The notes below the pieces were generated by a model. It saw nothing but the letters and a program-made list of their open reading frames with translations. It did no database searches and was not told the DNA's origin. Shown here in pieces: positions 1 to 9,371 of a DNA stretch of 64,000 bases. Position 1 is the first letter of the stretch. Every line of letters starts with the position of its first letter. The DNA comes from a virus (Duplodnaviria; Caudoviricetes): positions 75,106-139,105 of IMG/VR virus record IMGVR_UViG_3300028797_000108; one strand, given 5' to 3'. Position numbers and translations under genes: made by a program.

Positions 1-1
1 A

Positions 2-310
2 AATGTTCAGAGGAATGTTGACGCTGATATCTTGAAGGCTATGGACACTGATACTCTCGGTGGTTTGTTCCATCAGGAATATGGCTCTGGTGGCAGCACA
101 GCAGCAACTGGTAGATATCTGCGTGAGAATAAAGCAGCGGCTCTGGAAGATCTTAGAAAGAACAATGGTAAGTTCTCCGAAGAGTTCGCTAACAAGATGG
201 CGGCTAGCCTTGGTGCTAACATGCGAAAAGAAACAAAGAACTCGTATGTTGACCGAACCAAATACTTCACTGGAAGAACTGGCTACGCGGTTTCACACAA
301 GCACGCCTAA
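2..310 (+). CDS. 3' end of a gene entering from the left edge (unknown, possibly virion protein)
   Basis: Frame open from base 2 to TAA at 308-310, followed by a hairpin. Confidence 0.6.
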   Translation, partial: NVQRNVDADILKAMDTDTLGGLFHQEYGSGGSTAATGRYLRENKAAALEDLRKNNGKFSEEFANKMAASLGANMRKETKNSYVDRTKYFTGRTGYAVSHKHA

Positions 311-320
311 AGACTATAAA

Positions 321-342
321 AGCGGCGTTTTTCAACGCCGCT
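321..342. terminator. Hairpin between convergent genes, probable bidirectional terminator
   Basis: AGCGGCGTT-TTTC-AACGCCGCT inverted repeat. Confidence 0.65.
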
Positions 343-347
343 ATGTT

Positions 348-860
348 TTACTTAACTTGAGGTTTTGTAATGATGCCCACAATCTTCGGCGGGACGCCGT
401 CAGGAATATCTTCTAAGTCGCAAGCACAGATCTTAACCTTGACCTTTTGCTTGAGGAAGTCGTAGTTCTTTTCATCCTTGTGCATGATCTTATCATTGAG
501 CTCGGCGTATTCCCTATCCAGCTTTTCTGTTTCATTCTGGAACTCAACATTCATGTCAGTAATGACCGGCTGTTTGTTCTCATCAAAAACAGGATTGCCT
601 TGTTCATCACGGTCAACATACTTCATAATGATGGATTTCATCTTCTGGCAGTATTCGTGATACTTAGGGTCGTTCTGTTCATCGTAGGTGCCTTGTGCGA
701 TTTGGGCATAAGGTGTGCCCAATAGTAGAACATTGTTGTAAATTACCAGGCCCCACTTAGCAGGAAGGTTTGTTGCTTCCAAGTTCTTGTGGCTGTATTC
801 AAACAATGCTTTAATTTCAAACAAAGCAACTTCTATATCTTTTTCGTAGATGTTTGCCAT
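348..860 (-). CDS. Hypothetical protein, paralog of 54118..54651
   Basis: 170 aa, GAGAGG RBS; shares KYVDRDxQG...P(V/I)(I/V)T(D/E)M..E(F/Y)Q and D(I/M)PDG(V/L)PP motifs with 54118..54651. Confidence 0.85.
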   Translation of the reverse strand: MANIYEKDIEVALFEIKALFEYSHKNLEATNLPAKWGLVIYNNVLLLGTPYAQIAQGTYDEQNDPKYHEYCQKMKSIIMKYVDRDEQGNPVFDENKQPVITDMNVEFQNETEKLDREYAELNDKIMHKDEKNYDFLKQKVKVKICACDLEDIPDGVPPKIVGIITKPQVK

Positions 861-868
861 ATCCTCTC

Positions 869-1471
869 CTATTCTAGGAATCTTGCAAGTCCAGAGACAC
901 CGTCGGTCGGATCATCAATGGTGTTGATGTTGTCAAAGTAGTCAAGGCCACTGACCATTCTCTTTTCTCTGTCCTTAATTTGGTTGACGCTTAAAATGAT
1001 ACTGTTCGAGACGATCTGGGTGATAAATGCAAATGCAGAGGAACCGCGAGCAGGATCATATCTGTTTATGTAGCTAAATGCACAAATAAGTGCGTCTTGA
1101 ATGATGTCATTTATGTCATCAGGATTCCGCAACGAGGTTCTTAACTTATATGAATTTATACGACCATTGATGATTAGCAGAAAGTCTTCACAGAGTTCAT
1201 TCTTTATCTTTTCAAACTCAGCGTCAAACGCTTTCTTCTCTTCGGGCGTAAATGCTTCATACTTAGCTTGAAGCGCCTCAATGCTTTTGACTTTGTTGAT
1301 GATAAAATCTTTACCTAGTTCAAACTTCTGTCCGTCAATCTTTTCATTGTTCTTCTTGTGTTCAAGTCGTGCGAGATAGGCAGCACACCAATCTCCCTTG
1401 TCGTTGATGTTCATACTATTGTAAAGATTCACCACCTCGCGTAAGCGTTTATTATTAACGTATTCGGGCAT
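869..1471 (-). CDS. gp55: T4 gp55-like late transcription sigma factor
   Basis: Starts MPEYVNNKRL (gp55 YVNNK motif); DIIQDALICAFSYINRYDP..SSAFAFITQI region 2 motif; GGAGA RBS before ATG 1471. Confidence 0.85.
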   Translation of the reverse strand: MPEYVNNKRLREVVNLYNSMNINDKGDWCAAYLARLEHKKNNEKIDGQKFELGKDFIINKVKSIEALQAKYEAFTPEEKKAFDAEFEKIKNELCEDFLLIINGRINSYKLRTSLRNPDDINDIIQDALICAFSYINRYDPARGSSAFAFITQIVSNSIILSVNQIKDREKRMVSGLDYFDNINTIDDPTDGVSGLARFLE

Positions 1472-1572
1472 AGAATCTCCTTTATCTATTTTGTAGCATG
1501 TTATATGCTGGTATAAAAATAACAAAAAAATGGGATCTTTGAAGACCCCATGAAAATTTTCCGAGGCTGTGC

Positions 1573-2472
1573 TTAATGGGTTCTGAAGTTACGGCTATGT
1601 GCCTGAGCCTGTGCTGCTTGAGCCTTTGCCTTGGCAGCAGATTCTTGTTTTGCCATTTCCTCGTTTTCTTCCTTAATCATTACATTTGTCAATTCGGCTA
1701 TCATCTCAAATTCAGGCCACGGAGTGTCATCGCTGATTTGATATGTAAGGTACTTGGTGATCTTCATTGACAAGGATATGATATCTCGCATGTTTATCTG
1801 TCCGAACAATGCGCTTTCTGATATCATACACTGCATAGGGTTGATACCGTGACAGTGCGGACACTCAAGATCAAAGTGCATGTCAAAGCCAGCGTCATAC
1901 TGCTTGCATGTATTCAAAAGGAATGTGAAGTCCATCACCTTCAAGTTCATAATGTACCTGACGGGGTCAGGCTTGCGTATCATTCTAGCCATCAACTGCA
2001 CATCAGGGTCTTCATCAACAATCTTCAAGTCAGCGACTGTTGACAGTTTAAGGCTAACCCATTCTCCAGATCTTGGAAGTTTGATGTTCCCAGGTGCTGA
2101 CTGCAACTGTTTCAATGGAATGTCATCTAGCTTGATGGTAAAGTCAAACGGACGGCGACAATAATTGCATTTGCCGACGCTGACGCGGTATCCGTTTTCC
2201 TTCATGAACGAGTTTGCTCGCAACCAGAAGATCAAGTATGTGCGGTCACACAAAGCCAAGTCTTCCACTTGAATGTTCATGTAGAAGCATCGGTCAATGA
2301 TTTCGTTAATGATTGTCTGCGCTGTGGCATCTGTCAATAGAGCAAGGAACTTAATGTCTCGAATGTTCAAGAACCTGCCCTTGATGAATGTACCTTCAGG
2401 ATAGACCAACCCTCTTGATGGAAGATCTTCCATTTCAATAGGTAGATAATTATACTGTTGCTGCTGCTGCAA
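1573..2472 (-). CDS. T4 gp26-like baseplate hub protein
   Basis: LPSRGLVYP N-terminus, DRTYLIFWLRANS, two CxxC pairs (CNYC, CPHC); TTG start at 2472 behind GGAGG (alternative ATG at 2433). Confidence 0.7.
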   Translation of the reverse strand: MQQQQQYNYLPIEMEDLPSRGLVYPEGTFIKGRFLNIRDIKFLALLTDATAQTIINEIIDRCFYMNIQVEDLALCDRTYLIFWLRANSFMKENGYRVSVGKCNYCRRPFDFTIKLDDIPLKQLQSAPGNIKLPRSGEWVSLKLSTVADLKIVDEDPDVQLMARMIRKPDPVRYIMNLKVMDFTFLLNTCKQYDAGFDMHFDLECPHCHGINPMQCMISESALFGQINMRDIISLSMKITKYLTYQISDDTPWPEFEMIAELTNVMIKEENEEMAKQESAAKAKAQAAQAQAHSRNFRTH

Positions 2473-3133
2473 AATGTGCCTCCAATGTTCCTGTAAAAAT
2501 ACCATTAACGACAATGCCGTTCGTAGACAAGCATGTGCCAGCAATGAAAGCAGGACAAGGCGGCGTTGATGTGACAGCCATCTGCAGATATCTTGATTCT
2601 AGCTCACAGAACTTATATGCGTCAAGCGCTGTGCCTAACGCCTTTACCGCAGCCATGAACTGAGCGCCATACATTGCGTAATGCGCCGAGCTCATCATAA
2701 CAACGCCCATACTGTTGCATACATAAGGAACAACAGGAGCAGACTGCAGCTCAGCAACGCTTCGGGTCGTTGATGATACGCGGTTAAAGTTCAATGACAT
2801 CTTGCTGCCGAACAGGTTAAACAGGTTGATGAACGACATTTCTGGAACACCACACCACAAGGCAGCCTTCACCTCACTTTCAGTCAAACGAATATGATTT
2901 GGAACGAAGTATCCAAAATTGTTAGCCACAGGAGTCGTAATCGGCGGGGAGAATGGAAGGACAGTCACTCCAGTCACTGGTAAGTGCCTTTTACCAAACT
3001 CATCTTCAAGTTCCTTCATATACTTGTTCAGCGCTTTTGTGGTATTCCTGATATAGAATTCCATATCGGGATTGTCACCTTCCAATCGCAACTGCGGATT
3101 TATCAACGGTCTCATGTGGGTTTCAAAACTCAT
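2450..3133 (-). CDS. Hypothetical late (virion?) protein
   Basis: 227 aa ORF directly behind TATAAATA late promoter. Confidence 0.75.
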   Translation of the reverse strand: MSFETHMRPLINPQLRLEGDNPDMEFYIRNTTKALNKYMKELEDEFGKRHLPVTGVTVLPFSPPITTPVANNFGYFVPNHIRLTESEVKAALWCGVPEMSFINLFNLFGSKMSLNFNRVSSTTRSVAELQSAPVVPYVCNSMGVVMMSSAHYAMYGAQFMAAVKALGTALDAYKFCELESRYLQMAVTSTPPCPAFIAGTCLSTNGIVVNGIFTGTLEAHFAAAATV

Positions 3134-3137
3134 GTTA

Positions 3138-3145
3138 TATTTATA
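3138..3145 (-). promoter_or_regulatory. T4-type late promoter
   Basis: TATAAATA on minus strand just upstream of ATG 3133. Confidence 0.65.
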
Positions 3146-3200
3146 ACCCGCAAACCACCCTACAAATGTACATTATAATTCCATTGGTAATTCAACAGAC

Positions 3201-3229
3201 AAAAAAGAGGACACCCGTAGATGTCCTCT
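3201..3229 (-). terminator. Rho-independent terminator
   Basis: AGAGGACA/TGTCCTCT stem followed by T6 on minus strand. Confidence 0.7.
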
Positions 3230-3252
3230 ATCATCATAATTGCTGTATTTAA

Positions 3253-3588
3253 TTACTGGTCCTGATACCATTCTTCAAAGTAATCATCAATGAGTTCTTC
3301 CCATTCATAGAACATATCAACAGTATCGGGATTGTCCTTTTCTGGGTCAAACTTTCTATTTTTAGTTACATCATACAAGTAATCAAGAATGCTAAGGCAC
3401 GGGCGTTCCTTCATCTTGTCTTGCATAGATTCTTTTACCCATTTCTGCAACAGAGCAGTAGTCACTTTATACTTAGTTAGACCATACTTTGCGATAAAGC
3501 CTCTAAGTTTCTGCATCAGTCCATTTGTTCCTGCCTCACAGATAAACCCTGCTTGCTGCAACTTTGTCAATGCTTCATTTAATTCCAT
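3253..3588 (-). CDS. Hypothetical protein
   Basis: 111 aa, AAGGAG RBS, late promoter upstream. Confidence 0.8.
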   Translation of the reverse strand: MELNEALTKLQQAGFICEAGTNGLMQKLRGFIAKYGLTKYKVTTALLQKWVKESMQDKMKERPCLSILDYLYDVTKNRKFDPEKDNPDTVDMFYEWEELIDDYFEEWYQDQ

Positions 3589-3622
3589 TTTGAAAATCTC
3601 CTTTGAAAAATTCCTTCTATTC

Positions 3623-3630
3623 TATTTATA
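3623..3630 (-). promoter_or_regulatory. T4-type late promoter
   Basis: TATAAATA on minus strand upstream of 3588. Confidence 0.65.
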
Positions 3631-3633
3631 CTT

Positions 3634-4776
3634 TTAGTTCAATCCTTTCCAGAATGAATTGGCGTCAATGCCAGCACCGAACATCGAGTCGCCTGGCAAG
3701 CTCATATACATCGGCGGCGGCAAAGCGTCATCACCAGTTGCCTTCACTTCAGCCACACAAACTCCGTCAAGGTCTATCTCCGGCTGCTGTAAGCAGTAGG
3801 CTGCCCAATACAACCCACTCACCAAGTCATCGTGATTATCACCAGTCGCACGATACACACCAGTGCTCACTTCTTCAAACCTTGAAAGCTCCTTCACAGT
3901 TTCCGAATCTACGACTTCAAGCTCCCCTCTTTCAATCATCGTCTTCAGTATCTTACAAGCATCAATCTTCGTTGAGCGGTCCGCACGAGTACCAAGGTTC
4001 CCTCTTTTGTCCGTCGAGATCATTCCGTTGTCGCCAATCTCGTAATATAGAACATCCGCTACTGTTCTGCCAATATCATTATTTTCAATAATGTACATAG
4101 CAGAGTTATACATCTCACTAATGTCATGAACGACTTCAGCAAAGTCCTCTGGGCGAATCGTATTTCTGTGATACACCGCAACCTGTTTATACTTTCCTTT
4201 CGCTACCACTCGCAGCACCTGCACCACTGAATAGTCAGCAGCAACACCCATCGCTGAATCCACGCCCATAACATACAATGCTTTCGGATCCGGCTTTTCA
4301 TATATCAAGAAGTCATACCCCAGCTTATATTCAACCGGGTCACAGATTTTCATCTTATCCAAACCTTCTTCCGAAATCAAAGTCGATGTAGAACCACCAA
4401 ACGCACAGTTATGGTTTATTACTCCATTTACTTCCAAGTACCTTATTCCATCAACATTTAATGGGGTATATACGTCATTTAATCCTATTTGCTTAATTTC
4501 AACAACAGTTCCGTCAAATAACTTCCCATCAACTGATATTGCTAATCTATCCCCTTTTTCTATCTTATCTAGTCTAATCCATTTACAACTATCAATAGTC
4601 AAATCCCATTCTTTTCCACGGGGGATAATTAACACCTGATGATCATTACTGCCTTTAATACAATTTAATGTACCGTCAGGTTCTCCATTTACTTTATATC
4701 TAATCTCGAGGCATTTTGCTTTTTTTCGCACAATACCGTCAAAATCCTTAAACCCATCATCTGTAAGTATCTGCAT
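3634..4776 (-). CDS. terL: Large terminase C-terminal (nuclease) half fused behind a split-intein C-fragment
   Basis: After HN/C the protein reads CAFGGSTSTLIS then gp17 nuclease motifs YVMGVDSAMG, DYSVVQV, IIENND, HDDLV; no ATPase Walker motifs; own AAGGAG RBS. Confidence 0.9.
   Translation of the reverse strand: MQILTDDGFKDFDGIVRKKAKCLEIRYKVNGEPDGTLNCIKGSNDHQVLIIPRGKEWDLTIDSCKWIRLDKIEKGDRLAISVDGKLFDGTVVEIKQIGLNDVYTPLNVDGIRYLEVNGVINHNCAFGGSTSTLISEEGLDKMKICDPVEYKLGYDFLIYEKPDPKALYVMGVDSAMGVAADYSVVQVLRVVAKGKYKQVAVYHRNTIRPEDFAEVVHDISEMYNSAMYIIENNDIGRTVADVLYYEIGDNGMISTDKRGNLGTRADRSTKIDACKILKTMIERGELEVVDSETVKELSRFEEVSTGVYRATGDNHDDLVSGLYWAAYCLQQPEIDLDGVCVAEVKATGDDALPPPMYMSLPGDSMFGAGIDANSFWKGLN
4408..4776 (-). 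mobile_element. Split intein C-fragment (IntC, 123 aa), atypically split TerL type
   Basis: Begins ILTDDGFKDFDGI without block-A Cys1; SxxH block B (GSNDH); block F/G VYTPLNV...NGVINHN followed by Cys+1 (4405-4407). Confidence 0.85.
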
Positions 4777-5226
4777 TATAATTACTCCTTATATCACTTC
4801 ACTACCCCTATTTAATAATCTGTTATCTAACTGTTGATAAGTTGTATACTCGGGGTTATCTAAAAGTGCATCTATTTCTTTATTTATTCCTATTATCTCC
4901 TTGGGTTATTTTTGTTGCTATCTTTGGGGTAGGGGTGGCTTTTTGTTGCTATCTTAAGATGTTGGGATATCTTTGGGTTGCTGTTGAACCCCTGGGTTAA
5001 CTTTGGGAATCTTAGAACTTTTATTAAATCCGTGTATGACATTCGGAAGCGCCACCGCGGCACCCGCAGAAAAAACCTCAGGTTCTACCCTTGACAGTGA
5101 CAAAATTTGGTCAAGCGCATCATTTCCCCTATGGTTTTTTCATATTTTACACAAAATGCCCAAATTTCATCAATTCCGCAGATCTGTAAATTTTTAAGAA
5201 AAATCGTCATTATTTCCCCTATACCA

Positions 5227-5257
5227 TTTACAGTTATTCCGAAAATTGTTATATTTT
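5227..5257 (+). promoter_or_regulatory. Early sigma70-type promoter
   Basis: TTTACA-17nt-TATATT with TTGT extension. Confidence 0.65.
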
Positions 5258-5285
5258 GATTGTTGAAATAATAGAGGTACTCAAT

Positions 5286-5708
5286 ATGGCAAAAAGACAG
5301 ATCAAACTTTCCGCACTCGCACAGCTTTTCGCTGACAACCTTAACGCTCACGCAAAGAACAACGGGTATGAACTGGACTATACGACCGCGGGCCAGATGG
5401 GTACCGACTACGATGAAATTCAAATTTACAACAAGGACGTTCTCGTAAGAGTCAGCGTTGGCCTGGGTCACATGGACTTCGGCGACGGCACGACCTATCC
5501 GTCCAACAACAAAGGAAAGATCGGGGTATATCCATCCTTCCGTCACGCACCTGGCGGCTGCTACTCCACGGTGCAGCTGAAGGGCAATGTTGAACTGGAC
5601 TACAGCGATCTGCGACCGGTTGACGTTGCGCCGATCCTCAAAATGTGGAAGGCGGTCGGTGAACGCTTCGCTGCGGTGAAGGCACTTATTGAGGAACCGA
5701 TCTGCTAA
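5286..5708 (+). CDS. Hypothetical early protein
   Basis: GAGG RBS, ATG 5286, first gene of early operon. Confidence 0.8.
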   Translation: MAKRQIKLSALAQLFADNLNAHAKNNGYELDYTTAGQMGTDYDEIQIYNKDVLVRVSVGLGHMDFGDGTTYPSNNKGKIGVYPSFRHAPGGCYSTVQLKGNVELDYSDLRPVDVAPILKMWKAVGERFAAVKALIEEPIC

Positions 5709-5720
5709 GGAGATTTGAAA

Positions 5721-6212
5721 ATGGCTACCGATATTATTGAAATGGTAAAGCAGAACCCCGAAGTCAAATCTTGGGTCATTCACGACTCGACGGAGTTCAA
5801 AATCCGAGGGGAGCATTTTGACAACATTCGCTTGAAGCTCATGGAAGCGCTGGATGTGCCGCCTAAGAGCGTGGTTGTCTACGATATGCGCCGCGCTGAA
5901 TTGGGCGACATTGACTGCCTGATTGATTTTTTCCAAGACATTCGCATGAAGACCGTTGAAGAATCTGCGGATGGCGAAGTCGGTCCGATGCCGACCTTGA
6001 TCTTGCACGGCATGAGCGGCGGTGATCTTAATGATGAAGCCATGGAACGCCTAGGTGATTACATTTCCCGTATTATGGGTAACAGCAGCGTTCCGGCTCG
6101 AGTGATGCTTTGGGTCACTAAGGCCGGCGACTCGCTCGCAAATGAAAAGAAACTGTTGCGCTATTTTGACAACATTGAAGGCGCATTTACCTGCTGTGGA
6201 GAGGTATACTAA
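5721..6212 (+). CDS. Hypothetical early protein
   Basis: AAGGAG RBS, tight packing. Confidence 0.8.
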   Translation: MATDIIEMVKQNPEVKSWVIHDSTEFKIRGEHFDNIRLKLMEALDVPPKSVVVYDMRRAELGDIDCLIDFFQDIRMKTVEESADGEVGPMPTLILHGMSGGDLNDEAMERLGDYISRIMGNSSVPARVMLWVTKAGDSLANEKKLLRYFDNIEGAFTCCGEVY

Positions 6213-6766
6213 TGGCTGAAGAAAACATCTATGAACACACTTTCTCGCACCCCGACTTTCGAGATATTGAATATGGAATGAGGGTGCTTCGCAAGTTTTG
6301 CGAACTGATGGGTATTACCGAAGACTTGCTCCTTCCTGAAGGAAGCGGCTGGTGCGTCAAATTGTCTAACTTGCCGAACAAGGAGGACTGGGATTTTCTC
6401 GAGTATGAATGGAGCTATTTGTTCCAGTGCTCGCCGAACCACAGTTTGGACTATCGCTGTTTGGACCACGATCTGACCGCTGGAAAGGTCGTTGAGGACT
6501 TGCTGGTAAACAACTTCAAGCTCAGCAAAAAGTACCCCCGTGGTTTCTCGTTCTATTGGGGACGAGATGACAAGACTGGTGAATTCTGGGTCAGAGATCA
6601 GTTCACTGGAACTTATCACAACGATATGGCTGCAGAAACCGTTGCGGAAATTGCAGCAAACAGACAGAAGGCAATGGGTGCTTTCTATGGTAAACTGGTC
6701 GCCAATTTGACTAAGTTCAGAAAGAAAATGGAACTGACTGTTGAAAAGGCATTTTACAAGGAATAA
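6212..6766 (+). CDS. Hypothetical early protein
   Basis: GGAGAGG RBS, TAATG coupling. Confidence 0.8.
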   Translation: MAEENIYEHTFSHPDFRDIEYGMRVLRKFCELMGITEDLLLPEGSGWCVKLSNLPNKEDWDFLEYEWSYLFQCSPNHSLDYRCLDHDLTAGKVVEDLLVNNFKLSKKYPRGFSFYWGRDDKTGEFWVRDQFTGTYHNDMAAETVAEIAANRQKAMGAFYGKLVANLTKFRKKMELTVEKAFYKE

Positions 6767-6768
6767 CA

Positions 6769-7323
6769 ATGTTTGACCAATTCGTGCTCGCAGAGCAAAT
6801 TGAAATGGAGATGATTATGCAGAAGTTCAAAGGAATGAAGTTCGCTTGCGAAATGATGGACATTATCGCTAAGGAATTTGGCGGAGCCGATCCGACGGTT
6901 GGCGCCTGCTCTAACAACGGAAGCAATTACATGTGCTTTTCGTTGAAGGAGAAAGACATCGGTGGTATCAGTAACTGGCTTGCTGGTATTGAACGAGGAA
7001 ATGACGCTGACATGATTCGCATTTGGCCGACTCGTCAGGTGTTCGAGTACTGGGTTGTCGCCATGCCTCGCAAGCAGTTGATTGAGAACTTTATTGCTCA
7101 CGGCTGCACCCTTTATAATAACAGGGAAAACCGAATCGTCAAGTGGAGCGCTGACATCAAGTTTGATGATTTCAAGACTCCTGCAGAAGCTGCAGAAAAG
7201 GTGGTGACTGAATTCCGTAATTTAGTTAGCCTCGGTGAAATCAACGACCGTCTGCACAGCAAGATTGAAAAACTCGTTGGTATTGAATTTGAAAAGATCG
7301 TGTGTCCGACAAAGAAGCAATAA
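6769..7323 (+). CDS. Hypothetical early protein
   Basis: AAGGA RBS; C-terminus similar to next ORF (F..FK...EA.E, K..KL...EFEK). Confidence 0.8.
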   Translation: MFDQFVLAEQIEMEMIMQKFKGMKFACEMMDIIAKEFGGADPTVGACSNNGSNYMCFSLKEKDIGGISNWLAGIERGNDADMIRIWPTRQVFEYWVVAMPRKQLIENFIAHGCTLYNNRENRIVKWSADIKFDDFKTPAEAAEKVVTEFRNLVSLGEINDRLHSKIEKLVGIEFEKIVCPTKKQ

Positions 7324-7793
7324 TGAACGTTCAAGAAAGACTCCGGTTTACGGCTGACTTCATTGACGCTGCTATCCGTGAGACTAATTCAACCTGCTTT
7401 CAGCACAGAATCGTCGATCACGAGCCTGCGTATGAGCTGTTTGTAAAGGACTGTCCTCGTGCCCATAATTTATATGGGTCTGGCAATGACGCCTGCTGGA
7501 TCATATTGTTAAAGCCGCATCAGGAACATTTCAGGTGCTATACAGTAGTTTCTTCTAGAGCGGATGCGATTAAGTTTTTCATCGAGAACGACCTAGAACT
7601 GCAGTATACAAAGATCTGCGACGGTAAAGATGTGATCCCATTCTCGCAATTTAAGAATGGCACGGAAGCCGGTGAATTTGCGGCAGCTAAAATAAACGCA
7701 GTTTTTGATCTTATGGATATTGCTGAAAAACTGTCCAAAAAGGCCAAAAAACTGGCAGAAGCTGAATTTGAGAAAGTTCCGTTCTTAAAATGA
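7323..7793 (+). CDS. Hypothetical early protein, distant paralog of 6769..7323
   Basis: TAATG coupling; shared C-terminal pattern. Confidence 0.75.
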   Translation: MNVQERLRFTADFIDAAIRETNSTCFQHRIVDHEPAYELFVKDCPRAHNLYGSGNDACWIILLKPHQEHFRCYTVVSSRADAIKFFIENDLELQYTKICDGKDVIPFSQFKNGTEAGEFAAAKINAVFDLMDIAEKLSKKAKKLAEAEFEKVPFLK

Positions 7794-7852
7794 TGGAAAC
7801 ACAACTAAAGAAGACGGGTGGAAAAATAATGATTTTGACTCAATTTTGACCA

Positions 7853-7892
7853 TTGACGGCGTATTGAAAAATAATTATATTTTACTCGTAAA
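7853..7892 (+). promoter_or_regulatory. Early promoter
   Basis: TTGACG-17-TATATT then TTACTCGTAAA. Confidence 0.8.
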
Positions 7893-7938
7893 TTGAAAAC
7901 AAACTGATAACTGAAACCCCTTTAACCAAGGACAAAAC

Positions 7939-9186
7939 ATGGCTGATATTGCTACTGTGAAATCTTTGCTCCGTAAGATGAGCCCCTCCCACACCCCGAT
8001 GATTCAGGGTATCCACGGTACTGGAAAGACCGAAGTTGTTCGCCAGCTTTGCGCTGAACCGGACGGCTGGAACCTTCGCTGCTGCGAACTTCAGGGTTCT
8101 CAGCTCTCTGACGTTGGTGACCTTATCGGTCTCCAGAAGATCATTGAATATGAAGAAGAAGTGGAAGTCTTCGTAGACGGCAAACCCGTGAAGACCACGG
8201 TGAAGCGTCAGGAAACTGCGTGGATTCCGCCTTACTGGTTCCCGAAGGACGGCAAGCCGTTCTGCCTCTTCTTGGACGAAATCAACCGTGCTGCGCCGCC
8301 TATCAAGCGTGCAATGATGCAGATCGGTAACGACCATCGCCTCTTGAATTTTGAACTTCCGGAAGGCTCCCGCGTGGTTTGCGCCATCAACCCGGACAAT
8401 GAAGGTAACTACGACGTTGAAGAATTTGACGACGCCGAAAACGACCGTTACTGGAAGATCTTGTTCACCCCGACCATTCAGGAATGGATTTTCCATGCCC
8501 GCAAGATCGGCGTTCTGGACTGTATCATTTCCTACATTGAAGCCCATGAAGAAGACCTTGACCCGTATGCAATGGCAGGCAAGGTGAAGACCAAGGGCTC
8601 CAACGACGAAGTTGACCAGCTCGGCGTTAAGCAGTCTCGCCGTTCTTGGGTTCGCCTTTCCAAGGATATGGTTCGTGCCCTTGAAATTGACCCGGATGCT
8701 TACAGCGGTCCTAAGGGCAACGCTGAACTCCGTTTGCTCGCTGCCGGTTGGGTAGGTGAAGCGATTGCTCAGAACTTCGCTTCCTGGTACCAGCAGCACG
8801 GCGCTGGCTTGCAGCCTAACCAGATTATTGAAGCTGACCCGAGCGACAAGAAGATCTGGGCAAAGCTCAAGAAGATGGGTGAAGCTCAGTCGCTCGAAAC
8901 CCTTCGCCTCGGCTCCGCAATTTGCGGCTACCTCCAGAAGGTTGAAGATAAGCTCGTAGAAAAGTCCAAGCCGACTGAATACGGTAAGCTTGTCGCCGAC
9001 AACTGGTATAAGTTCCTTACCAGCATCCCGAAGGAAGTGGCTGCTCAGGTGAACATGCAGGGCGTGGAAGCTGCTCGTAAGCAGAACCAAAAGGACCCGT
9101 CCACCTGCAAGTGGGTTGCTCGCCTCTCGGCGATAAATGAAAAGGTCTGCGACTTCTACATTGACCTCGCTGACTACGATGTGTAA
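7939..9186 (+). CDS. MoxR-family AAA+ ATPase
   Basis: Walker A GIHGTGKT, DLIGL, Walker B LFLDEINRA, AINP sensor, SRRSW motif. Confidence 0.9.
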   Translation: MADIATVKSLLRKMSPSHTPMIQGIHGTGKTEVVRQLCAEPDGWNLRCCELQGSQLSDVGDLIGLQKIIEYEEEVEVFVDGKPVKTTVKRQETAWIPPYWFPKDGKPFCLFLDEINRAAPPIKRAMMQIGNDHRLLNFELPEGSRVVCAINPDNEGNYDVEEFDDAENDRYWKILFTPTIQEWIFHARKIGVLDCIISYIEAHEEDLDPYAMAGKVKTKGSNDEVDQLGVKQSRRSWVRLSKDMVRALEIDPDAYSGPKGNAELRLLAAGWVGEAIAQNFASWYQQHGAGLQPNQIIEADPSDKKIWAKLKKMGEAQSLETLRLGSAICGYLQKVEDKLVEKSKPTEYGKLVADNWYKFLTSIPKEVAAQVNMQGVEAARKQNQKDPSTCKWVARLSAINEKVCDFYIDLADYDV

Positions 9187-9227
9187 AACCCTGCGGGAGG
9201 GTAATTCCCGCAATTTCCTTGGTTGGG

Positions 9228-9255
9228 ATGGGCGGCAGCAATGCCGCCCATTTTT
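9228..9255 (+). terminator. Rho-independent terminator
   Basis: ATGGGCGGCA-GCAA-TGCCGCCCAT-TTTT. Confidence 0.8.
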
Positions 9256-9314
9256 CGTCAATTCCGCAGATATGTAAATTTTTTGACAAAAATCATATTT
9301 TTTCATATCAACTA

Positions 9315-9354
9315 TTGACAAAAACCGTGGAAATTGTTATTATTTACTCGTAAA
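9315..9354 (+). promoter_or_regulatory. Early promoter
   Basis: TTGACA-17-TATTAT then TTACTCGTAAA. Confidence 0.8.
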
Positions 9355-9371
9355 CTAAGGGATTTTGAATT

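Noticed and set aside
4777-5220. IntN or homing endonuclease upstream of the IntC-terL gene
   Set aside because: No suitable ORF; the region is low-complexity non-coding DNA.
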